From assembly GCA_040954595.2 (NCBI GenBank), contig CM082576.2, positions 668,648 to 732,647 of the forward strand: 64,000 nucleotides of DNA. The letters are read 5' to 3'. The translations under genes and the position numbers were made by a program. Under the pieces are notes generated by a model. That model saw only the letters and a program-made list of their open reading frames with translations, was not told the origin of the DNA and searched no databases. Origin of the DNA: Balanoglossus misakiensis. Its lineage: Eukaryota; Animalia; Hemichordata. Shown here in pieces: positions 52,601 through 64,000 of this stretch. Every line of letters begins with the position of its first letter. Position 1 is the first letter of the stretch.

Positions 52601-55600
52601 ACAAACCTCAATATTCTGACTCTCTGTTCATTTACATTCAAATGAAAATCTTTCAAAGAACTTGACTTCCTGATTATCACCTGGTAAAGCTTACCTGAAA
52701 GAATATACTTGAAGAATATAAGTCTTGGCACATATCCTTCTGTAACCAGACTGACATTCATACTGCCCTCTGTTGACAAGGGTCGTGTCTGTAAGAATCA
52801 AATTACATTGGCAAAATTTAAACCGATATGCACAATACTGATCCCTGAAACTTTATCATCATCATTCAACTGTTGTAACTCTTTTTTATTGTTCATGCCC
52901 AGTGCATGTAATTCATAGACATACAATACTCCCTGCATCCCACACCTGAGCTGGAAATAGTCACACTTCTGTCTCTCTTTAAAACTTTCAAGTATTTCAT
53001 ATTATTTCATCAGTACCTGTTTGATTGGGATGGTCTGCAGCCATTCCATTGTATTCACATCAATGACATCCACAGCTGCTTCGCTGTACACTGTCAGATA
53101 TGGTTTCGAATAACCTGGAAGGATAGAACAAAGAATTTAGGTTCAATGCTAGATATGTCAGTACAAGAATGACACGAGATCAAAAGACAATGGTTTATGC
53201 GTACTAGACAGGTAACTAGCATAAAATGACTGTTCAGAGCAAAATCTGATAACATGAGACCTGTAGACTCTGAGACGAATATGACAGCATTATTTGGCAC
53301 TTTTCCATCTTTGTGCTGATATTAATATCACATGAAGACATACTGAGCTCAGTTATCCACGGGGTATTGTAAAATAAGAACATACTTCAAACTGATGACA
53401 GTTAAAATTTGAAACTCACAGATATGTGATGGCGGTGAAGGCCACATTAATTCCTGTTGCCGTGATCTTCTGCCCAGAAAGTCTGTGTATACACCAACCG
53501 CTGAAATAGACAAAAAGTACTGGTATGTTTACAAAATGAAACAATAATGCTGTAATAAATAATGAATTAACACTAGCTTAAATTACACTGTCTACTATTT
53601 CCATCTGAAATTACAGTCATATCATATGAGACTGGGGAATAACATAAGTTAGAAAGACAATCTTACTGCATTCAAAGTTTTGAATGACATAACACTTAAA
53701 CCCTTTCATCCCAGAGTGTCAAATGGCCACTTCATCAGCTCATCAAATTTTGTGCCAGAAATTATAATGACACAAATGTACAATGCATTTTTTTTATAAC
53801 TGCCTACATCTGAAAAGCATACTTACTTGAAAAACAGAGGAGGAATTCCTTCGAATTGACTTCCACAGCACACATGGCCTCCAACTGATTTGTGGTGATG
53901 AATTTCAAGGATGGATCATCCGAACTGATCAAGGTTTGTGGGTAGCCCTCGCCTTGAATGGAGAAGACACCATAGCCAGAGGAGAAACCAGCAATTAAGC
54001 GTCCACCAAACACACCTAACCACTGTGCACTATTTGGCAGTTGTATATCCTTGATTTTCCTGTGTCGTATCTTAGTACGATTAAGTTCATAGACAAAGAC
54101 ATGTCTCTTGACGGCTGCACATATGCATGTGGTTGATCCCTGTCGTACAGTTCCTATGGTAAATAGACTGCACCCCTTGGTTTCATGAAGTTTGATCCCC
54201 TCCATTTCATAGCCCTCCATTGCTGTCATCGAAAACAACCGCACATGTCTTCCTTTACCTGTGAAGTAAATCACATTCAGATGTTAGAAATTTAAAGGAT
54301 TTTTTTCAATTGAGTTTTTAAACAATAATTGATCCTGGTGGCATCGCTGTAGAAATGATCATTTGCTTAACCAGAAGACTGCCCTCTGGTGGTGATAAGC
54401 AGCAGCGCCACAAATAGAAATGACTGTCACGACACACGGAAACATTTGAAAGGCTTACCTGAAATGACCACAACCAATTGCTCATCATGTAAGACTTCAA
54501 CCTGGAAGGCTCTCTTGCCATCTCCAACACGGACGATTTCATCTTTGGCTAAATCGATACCAAACATACCTTCATCTGTGCCCAGCAGAAAGCGGTCAGG
54601 ATCTGCATAAAGTGTGGCCAGAAAACAATGAGGATTACATATACGTTGTGAGAAATTATTCTTCCAATCAGTCTTGCCTCCATTGCTACTATGTAATAGG
54701 TGCTTTTGTATGGAAGATCATCATCTAATTCAATTTGTGGACAAAGTCTCACCAGCTGGGTGATGATTGCCATAGATTGATGGAAATTCAAATCCTGCTT
54801 ATTACATGTAATTCATTAAAATATATTCCAAAAACCACATGAAACATGATCTGGGAATTGTACCAGATAATTTCCTTTCAGATCTCTGTATCCTTCTGTT
54901 TGCAGATTCAATGTCTTGTGTTCTGTGTGTTCATTCAACTGTCATGTATAATGGCTTTCACAGACTTACCTACAATTGCAGCACACTGTGCCACCCTTAT
55001 TAGCGGCAATGAGCTGTCATACACTTCTTTTGCCCTGTACACAGACCTATCCGGAAGCTTATTCTTAATAAGTACTTTGCGTAATTCTGTAAGAGCACCA
55101 ACCCACTTGATTCGGTCATTTTCGCTGTCTGCCAACAGCAGCACTTGGGCATTCAATCCCGGTGGATTGAGTTGAGAAGCTGTAACCTGGGGGGTCACAA
55201 TGAACAACACAAGATTTTCAGTATTCATTCACCTGGACACTCTTCTGAAGCTTTCCTTCAGAAGTTTTTCAAATTATATATAATGGAGCCACTGTGGTCA
55301 ACAGAGCTGTCAAAATAGTCAAACTTACCCTAAATATACATGGAATATCTCTCTTATTGGCATGTATAACATCTGATGCTAATACTGAACTAACACCAAA
55401 GTCTTCATCCCTGGAAGAGAAGATAAAACCAAGAGTCATGTTCAGTGTTTCTTTTTAAAGGTGGATTTCACACTCATTTAACCCAACTGTTTACAACACG
55501 AATACTGTGGCTATCTGGAAGCCACACTATCTCACCTAACTACCCCACTTCCAAACCTGAGCAAAAGCATTGCAGTTAAATACACTTCTATCAAACCAAC

Positions 55601-58600
55601 TACAACATGTAATAACGCCAATGCCAGCTTTAAGTAGTTCAAAATTCAACAAGAAATACCATTGCTACATAATGGTGCCCATCACTGACCTCATATCAAT
55701 GACATGTGTCAGATAAGTGGTCGGTTGTGCGTTCTTCCCTTCTGGCATCTCATAAAGAAAAAGTTTGAAATCACAGACAACAGCAAACTGTCTGGTCCAT
55801 CCTTTCCTGACTCCACCTGGTTTGGGAATTTTCAGATATCCCTCATAGGCAGTGCCAATTCCACGTGTGGGATCTATCCCTAGTGGTCTCTTGGCTGCAA
55901 AGAGAAATGGCAACAATACAGGTCAGGTCAGGTCAGGGCAATAGCACACACAGAAACAACAACACAGCTCAGGGCAATAGCACAGAATAGGGAAATAGCA
56001 CCAGTGAAGTCTCTTGAGATTTCTTGATAAATGACAGCAGGCATACAAATACTTCCTAAACAGATTGTCCACTTGGAAGGTTCAATCACAAAAATGTGAC
56101 AAAGACATTAAATATCTGATTACTTACTTTGATCCGCTGGTATTGGACATACTGCAGGTGCTTTCTCAGCACAGGCAACGTGACACGCAAAATGGCAAAC
56201 TGAAAATAAATACAGGAGAGAGAAAAAACAACATGAGAAAATTGATGATACAGGTTAAGAAAACATGGTCAGCTAGTTGATTCTGTGGTATATGTGTATT
56301 TCCAAAGTATACAAAACAGTACAAGTGATGACATATAAAAACTCACTTGGTTATCTGACCTGCAAATAATTCAGTACTAATGTCAGACAAACTGTGTAAT
56401 GCATTTCAAAACAATGTGGAACCTACTGGTTCTATACAGTAAACTGGAAAGTATACACAAAGTCAAATGTCAGTAAAATAGCCATAAAACACAGCTGAAA
56501 GCAAACTGGAAGTCTCATTCTTACCTTCACAAACAGTTCCTTGCCTAACTTGTCCTGTCATCAGAGATGTGCAATGGTTACACTTCACGGGTGTACCAAA
56601 CGTCCTGACAACAAACTGATGTGCTTTTGGTTTGGGTTGTACAAAGGTTGGTTTATGTGCTGGGTAGACTTGTACTGGAGGTGGAGGTGGTGGTGGCAGC
56701 TGTAAGCAGAACAAACAACGACACAAACTTGATATTCTTGTTCTTTGTAGAAAAAGTCATGAATTTTTGATACCAGAGGAAACATTGGCAAAAAGCCCCT
56801 CTCACCACTGTGGATGGAGGAACTTCAAAGCCTAATATTTTATCATATTTCTGAAATTATATTTCTTTATCTCATCACTGATAGGAGCTCCAAGTGTAGA
56901 GTCTGCTAGACTGTGTGAAGTAAAATTCCCTGATAATCACAGTACCTTCTTTCTCATAGGAATATCTTCACTGTCTTCACTACTGGAAGATATCCGTCTG
57001 GTTGGAGGCGGCTTGGGTTCCTCGTACCAGATTTCTTCATGTTTCTCATCTTTTGGTTCTTGTTCCTTCAGATCATCTTTGTACAAATTGTACTCCTCAT
57101 GATCACTCTGTGAAATACGATGGAAAAAGTGGCGTCAGTCGGACAACAACAGGAAAGTAGAAATTTGGCTGGGTAGTTGTGCAACGTTAGTTTGAGATAC
57201 TGGAAAAGCAACACTGCACTTGTGATCATAAACGGGTAGAGAATAGAATTTTGAATGTTGCAACACACAGTGATTTAAGAAGCCGAAAATACAGCAGGTT
57301 GAGGAACTGTGAATATGAAAGGAAGATGGCTCACATGAGGCAGTTAACCCCTTTACACTACCACATTTTGGTTTCACCCAAGAACTATGTAATGGGAAAT
57401 GGAGTATAAGTATAAACTATACTTTTCTGGTCTCAGATGTGGCAATCAAAATATAATATTTCAATTTTGTAGATGTACATATTAAATGTTGCCTTGAGAG
57501 GTTTTATGACCACAGCCAAAATGGGAAGTTCATACGATTGGTAATTTTAGATTGTTTTGAATTGAAGCTATGTGAGAATGATGTAATTATTATTTTTTGC
57601 TTATTGAGCATGAAATGTGATTATGTCTATCTTGGAGTTATTCCCAGTTGTCAACTGCCAGTATCTAGGGGGTTGGGATTGATAAACATTGACTTAAATA
57701 CCAATTTTCGTTTTATATTACTTGAAACGATCTAGACTTACATCAACTGGTTCAATGATGATGAGTATACAGTTAGTTTGTATTGAGTACCAATGGTTAG
57801 ATGATATATACATTGTACATGTACCGAGATTAAGCGATATTTAATGATGGCTATGAATGACATGCTAAAAATGATTATACAAGAATGCCAGTCATTGTTT
57901 TTCATGTCATTACACGTAAGTCAAGCAGTGTCTGGAAAGAGATGATTGTGTATTTGAACGGTTTTGAATGTTAGTGGTCATGTTACTGGAAGGAGAGGGG
58001 GAATTGTCAAATTACGTCTGGTTATCAGCCTCTCCACTCAGACATCCCTATGCAATAAATACACAGACCCATCACAAAGTAATTGGGTTATCCCATTTGT
58101 AATGTATTAGGGGGGTACTGGTAGATATGGTGCAGAATATTTGGAAGATTGAGAGAAAAGCACAGTAAATAAGCAAACTGCTTAAAAAGAAGGGTTTCTA
58201 CTTGTGAAAGAAATACAACTGAAATGCCCACTACGGGAATTACCTCAAAGTTAAATGTTGTTTGTATAAAGTTCTGCATACAGCCAGACGAGAGGAGAGA
58301 AAAAAATATGCAAAAAACCAATGAGACAAAGCAGAAGCAGCTCACTGTAAAATAAGAATATCATGATGGGAGAAAAAAAGTTCCAAGGTGATAATAAAGC
58401 TTGTGAATCAGTGAACATCTGTAAAGAAACGTGTGGATTGAAAAGACTTGCTGTTGTAGTTAGTATTGCGGTATGTGTATCCATGTTGTAGCCATGTCTT
58501 CTTGATGCAGTTTGACAGACAGAATTGTGGACCCTTCACATTATTTGAAGATGTGTTCAGCATTTGCAGTGAAAGAGCATCAATTATGCTGCACATAAGA

Positions 58601-61600
58601 AATGCTTTGAGACTAGAGGCGGAACACAGCATGTGAATAGAAAAAACACTGACGCTATCTTGCGATGTGCTCATCATGTTCATGATTCCAATCTTTATGA
58701 ATGCAAAGGCGAAGAAGCTTGACATTGCTTGCAGTCTGAATTCTTTTCTCGACTACTTACCTCAGCAAACTCCATTGATCTGGAAGGTTCATTGATTAAG
58801 AATGAGTCCATGTAGGACATCTGTGAATTGGGTCTAGTAGGAGCTGTCGACAAAAAAAAATCCAAATCACTTCATTGAAGTCCAAATCCACACTCTGGCT
58901 CAGGTCAGTAACGTCATCACAAATCTTAGCCATTCCAAACTTAGTGAACAGCTCAGACTGTGTCTGAACTCCATACACAGTATGTTTTCTTGACACTTAT
59001 TTGCTATTTTACACAGAGACTCAACTTGCCCAAAGTAGGGTTAGGGATGATTAAAAGTTGAGGTGCTTACATTCAGCTTCCACTTTCATATTGAGTTCAG
59101 CGATCTCCTTGTGTAACTTCTCAATTTCTGCAGCTTGTTCTTTGTTGCGATTATCTGCTGTAGCAAGGTCGCTGTTGAGTAAAACAGGCAAATACATTAA
59201 TGTACATTAATTAAACAGGATGAACTGACCATAACCGTAGAGGTACAGCTCCCAAATACCACATACATCACAAGTTGGAAACAGACATGACATTTGCCAT
59301 GTGTATACATATGCCGTACCCTCCAAACTGGTACTACTACTGACTTGATAATTGAATTAACTGCATTGTTTTGATACTTTACCCTTCAGCAGCAACAAGA
59401 GCAACCGTGACCCTCTTCAATTCTTCAGCCACTGTCTGTTTGGCTTGGATTTCACTCTGCAGACTTGACTGCAAGTTCAGCAGTTCGATCTTATCCAGCT
59501 TCTGGGAACGCCGCATTTTCCAGTCTTTCTCCTGTTGGTTCCAACAACAAACAATGAATTTTCAAATCCAAGGTTTCAAAGGGCCAAAAGATGGGTGTGC
59601 TGTGTGGTAGGCAAGGTGATGCCAAAAAGCCAAGCAAAACACTGGGACAAGATGCAACATTAACACTCTGTGACTGGAAATTGTATTGATATTTCAAATC
59701 AGTTGTCTCAGGCATCTTAATTATTTTCAGAGTCAGACAATTATGGGAACTGGTCATACCAACACAATGTGATGTAACATGATACAACTTGGCATTCCCA
59801 TTTCATTTTTAATGTGGTCAGTTCACGACATTTACTGGCAAAGTATACATTTTATGACTGGCAGTATAAACTCTTTACAACTTTTCAGACAATTTCAACA
59901 TCACACACCAATAACAACTTCTCTTTGCCATGTTGGAAATAGCTTAAGAACTGTTACAACACAATTTATGAAAAGAATTCATATGACATGAACCGAAGAT
60001 ATAGCTGCTCATTTTCATGTTTGTTACTGATCTTTGACTGAGCTGTGACATCACTTCTGACATATTGCATGTGTTGCGCATGTAATGATACAACTATGCA
60101 TTCAATAATGAAATCAGATCTTGACACCTCTGCAGCACAGTGCAGGTCATGTCACAGCAATCTGCATACACACACTATATTGGATGACAGCAACACATAG
60201 GTCACAATGAGAAGATCTGATTACACTATTCATCTGTTCTTCATAGTGTTCTTACCCTTGTAGATCCCACCATGCCTGTCACTTTCAGTCCTTCTAATTC
60301 TTCAGTCATCTTCGTAGCCAATGCTTGTAAATAGCCTCTAGCATCTTTCTCATCGCTCACCCTACAAAGGTAATGCATGAGATAATGAGTTGTAACAATG
60401 TCTGTTTGTTTTTCACATAGATTTCCCCACTTGGTGGCAGTATACTGGCATTAGAGAGAGAGTCGTAACAGCAGTACTATGATGGTAGTGGCAGTGAGTA
60501 TGGTACAGGTGGTACAGTGAGCAGTGGATAAAAGTTCTGGTAGTAAACAATATACATCATTTGTCAACAACAGGGAAAGCTGCGCTTAACACATGCCCCT
60601 TTAATACCCTTACGGTAGGATTGGACAAGTCATTTTTTGAGCTGTGGTTATTGTACTTACCACTGTATAATTTCCGAAATCTGTGCCTCCCAGTGAGCTA
60701 CTGAATCTTTCTTGTCTGATAATTCTCTCATCTCTTCTTCTACCTGTCTGTGTGATCTGATCAGTCGATCTGCTTCAGAATTGGCCTGTCAACAGAACAT
60801 GGAAAACTCAATATATCTCTACTTTGCACTGAAAGACTTCAGTTGTTAAGGCACATGACAAATGACAAAATATGTTTCAAAGCACCAACTGCAGTGTTAA
60901 AAGTAAATGTGTCTGGCATACTTGCAATGTCAATTGTTATTGTACGAAACAGTATTTGTAGTTTGGGTAAAACTGCAGGGTGTTACCCATCAACTTATGG
61001 GTATTTTACGGTTGACATACAATTCACATCAACCATGAACTACTTTGGTGTAGACACCCTTGAACTTTATCCTGACAGAATGTTTTATACAGAGGCAGTT
61101 CACCTACTGGAACAAATTTCTCAGCATAACGAAAACTTAAAATGCCTGGTATCATATTACAATGGCATATTCCACAACTTTTCTAAGACCTGTGAGTGCA
61201 CTTGTGTGCATACCGATGAAAATGAGACGGCTGCTTTTAGTGTAGTGGGTGGGTGGGTATGGGTGGCTGGGGACAGAAGACCATTATTTTAAACATGACC
61301 TCTTTTGCAGCAAGAGATGACAGAGACATGGACGGAATATTCATTCAAGTTCAGCTGTTTTTAACTAAACCGAAGAAGGAGTAATGAACTGTTGGTCACA
61401 AGACTGACTGAATCAAAGGAACATTATAAGTCACAATAATTATACAATTTTTTTTTTTAATTTCTGACCCTTTGCCACCAAAGAAAAGGAAACAGCATCA
61501 TATTTCAGATCCTGAACGTACAACTTGGCCGTTCTTAGTGCATTGAAACCACTCAACACATTCATCACATTTACTGTTACAATACCTAAACCATATGGAA

Positions 61601-63691
61601 AATGTATCTATTTGCTTTGCTCAGTCACTGAGTACAACCACAGTTTTTTTCCAATTTCCTCACCCTATCAACTTCAGCTTGTAACTTTCTGTTGTCTTCC
61701 AGCTGAAGGGCCATCTCCCTCTCATATTTTCTCTTCACTTCAGATATTTTGTCATCATGTTCCATGAGACTAGCTTTCCTGGCTGTCTCCAGTTTCTCTT
61801 TGGTCACATGCAAATCTTTAGTCTGAGATTGTATCTGACTCTCAGCATCTTGGAGCTGTTCTCTGAGACTCTGTGTGTGCATAAAAAAAGAGGAAAGAAA
61901 ATAAAACAAACATTTAATGGACATAGCTCTGTGACCTGTTTACCCTAGTGCTCTTCTCTGCAAAGGTCAGGTGTACTTTCATGGTTCACACACTAAAAGT
62001 TACTCAAAAATTCCACAAGTCTTTCTAGCAGTTTTAAATTTATTAAATTCAACTCAAATCATGGTAATATTCAACACAAAATTTCATGTAATATTGGGAA
62101 AGTAGACGCATATTAAAACCTAGGTCAAATTGGAATTGATTTGAAACATGAAATTCACATACGTTGATTTCCTTGGAGTGTTTTGTTTTCTCTTTGACAA
62201 GTTGCTCTTCATACATAACATCTTTCTTCTCCATGACAGCTTTGAGCTTAGCGATTTCTTGTTGCTGGTTCATTCCACTTGTACTTGGGGTCCGTCCCAA
62301 GGCTCGTTTCTGTCAAACAAGTATCAAGGCAATTGATTAAATAGAGAATTTTCAAAAGTAGTACATGTATTGCGGAGTCATGCATAAACCAGACACTTGA
62401 TAAACCAGACTCCTCTCTACACTGGACATTTTCTATGCAAGCTGGTTACTGGACGGACTCATGGTGGCATGCACTGGCTTGTCAGAACATACCAGCTACA
62501 TGCACATGGTTTTAATCTGACAGGACAGTCTACACCAATAGGTTATGTTTTCCTACCTTCATTGTCTCCATTTCATCTTCTAATTGCTTGGAATATTGTT
62601 CACTACGTTCTCGTAACTTCTTCTCCTTGCTAACTTCTGACATCGCTTGCTCAAACTGGACTTCAAACTATGAATAAAAGTTAAAGCAACGCTGACTTTA
62701 TGCAGACAGTTTTTTGTAGGCTGTGCAAATATGAGTGGTGATTTCTTACGCTGGTTTATTTTTTGCCACATTTAGTGATTTACCACCGTGAGAAGTGGTA
62801 TTCATATCACTCAAATCTGTTGTCATGGTGAAACTTCATGCATTACACCAACAATTTAATGTCACATCATTTCAAATCAGTCTCATTTGCAATAACTTCA
62901 ATGTGAATCATAAACAGCAGACTGGCTTATAGCACAACACACCTCTTTCCTTGTTTTGTCTGTCTTCCGTAAATCTTGTCTCATTGTATCTACTCTCTGC
63001 ATTGCTTCTTCCACTTCTTCCTCCTTCTCACGGACCAGCCGAGATAACTTTTGTTTTTGTGATCGCAATTCTGATAGTCTGGTGGAATGAATGGCAAAAT
63101 AGTTGTGATAAACAGGTGCCTGTCTCGTTCTGAGGTTTTCATGGCATAATGCATGTCATGTATCTTACCAGAGCGCAATCGCAACAAACATGAACATTTC
63201 AAACTTGCGTCTTTCCAGTAAGCAAAATGTTCCACCACCAAATAAAAAAAGACTGCAAACTTTCAATTTTTCTGAACTTGAGGGTTTTGCAATATTTACA
63301 GCAAAACTTGATCAGTCCACATCAAATGCTCTTAAAACATATATTTCTGCACTAATCTTTCACTGGATTCAAAACAAGCTAAAATTATGAACAAATATAA
63401 TGCATTGTCATAGTTACCTATCATTTATATCTGAGAACTCTTGCATTGCAAGCTTCCTCTGTGAGTGTGCTTCTTTTAGTTCTTTGGTCTGTGATTTATA
63501 TCTTTCATGAAGCTGTTCAAAATCTCTCTGTGTATCTTCCCTTTCCATCTTCAATCTCTTGTTATCCTTCTCCAGTGACTTTATCCGACTATCTGCCTTC
63601 ATTTTGTCACTTTCCCTGCTTTCCAGTTCCTTTTTGATTGCCAGAACTTCCTTGAGATCTCGCTCCATGTGTTTGGTTTCGGAATGAGATT
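49627..63691 (-). CDS. CDC42BPA: Serine/threonine kinase MRCK (CDC42-binding protein kinase / genghis khan), C-terminal part; kinase domain lies beyond the right edge
   Basis: Exons 5'->3': 63418-63691, 62943-63078, 62557-62667, 62163-62309, 61664-61870, 60661-60785, 60256-60361, 59383-59531, 59071-59171, 58761-58843, [58244-58273], 56946-57107, [56806-56850], 56525-56699, 56128-56199, 55690-55894, 55329-55410, 54970-55186, 54459-54602, 53827-54258, 53420-53500, 53017-53114, 52695-52788, 52095-52215, 51665-51767, [50993-51037], 50018-50342, 49627-49727 (TGA). Bracketed exons are optional. Motifs: [56 protein letters not shown]1 domain (HQF...KCNHCTSLM...C...CHVAC), PH domain ([17 protein letters not shown]...GVRKGW), CNH domain, CRIB ([18 protein letters not shown]). 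The alpha/beta paralogue label is nominal for an invertebrate. Confidence 0.95.
49883..49976. mobile_element. Degenerate ~86 bp piggyBac-like MITE, probably related to the 63792 element
   Basis: TTAACCCTGTCATCCC...GGTAAGAGGGTAAA, with similar length and patchy internal similarity to 63796-63878. Confidence 0.4.
54379..54392 (-). promoter_or_regulatory. CTCF-like motif in an MRCK intron
   Basis: The minus strand reads CCACCAGAGGGCAG, matching the CTCF core CCASYAGRKGGCRS. Motif match only. Confidence 0.35.
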
Positions 63692-63791
63692 CTGATGACA
63701 GGAAATGAAAATGAGCTTTATTAATATCTAGGAGTAGACTCAGAAATTGCATTTGATACACAGAACAACACTGCTCAAAAAATAGCCAAAA

Positions 63792-63882
63792 GTAACCCTT
63801 TCACGCCCATCCCTGTATAAAGGTCCAGTGTTGCCATTGAAAACAACAGAGTTAAACCAAACCATGGTGGTGAAAGGGTTAA
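63792..63882. mobile_element. 83 bp piggyBac-like MITE
   Basis: Perfect inverted ends TAACCCTTTCAC / GTGAAAGGGTTA. Flanks are GTAA and TTAA, consistent with a TTAA target duplication and CCCTT termini. Confidence 0.7.
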
Positions 63883-64000
63883 GATCATATAATTCTTCTG
63901 AAAACAAGGTTGGGTCCCTAGTAGGATTCATGCATGGTAATAATAGCCACAGTAATGCAGTATGTACTCAACTAGTAAACACACAGCTAGCAACAAAAGG

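Noticed and set aside
58016-58047. Possible extra MRCK exon (tag|GGATGT...CAGAC|gtaat)
   Set aside because: It is 32 nt and frame-shifting, with a weak donor and no compensating exon found.
60843-61292. 149 aa plus-strand ORF in an MRCK intron
   Set aside because: No motif, non-ATG start and intron-like composition.

Overview
AT-rich, intron-rich animal genomic DNA, probably a marine invertebrate (the taxon is an inference). Three spliced genes can be reconstructed by hand from splice sites and reading phase. (1) XRN2/Rat1 5'-3' exoribonuclease on the minus strand: ATG at 14122, 30 coding exons visible, 3' end probably off the left edge. (2) A complete, uncharacterised HEAT/ARM-repeat protein gene on the plus strand (14713-22501, 16 exons, ~684 aa, one GC-AG intron), head-to-head with XRN2. 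(3) The 3' part of an MRCK/CDC42BP (genghis khan) kinase gene on the minus strand (coiled coil, C1, PH, CNH, CRIB; the kinase domain is off the right edge). Between the convergent 3' ends of genes 2 and 3 lies a ~22.3 kb array of ~255 copies of an 87-88 bp satellite with nested higher-order repeats. The array starts directly after a left end typical of Helentron-associated non-autonomous (DINE-1/HINE-like) elements: T-run, hairpin, GTCC/GTAT microsatellite. It therefore looks like a satellite grown inside a rolling-circle transposon. Several small MITE-like elements, microsatellites and candidate micro-exons are also present. There is no CRISPR, rRNA or recognisable tRNA, and the repetitive ORFs in the array are artefacts.
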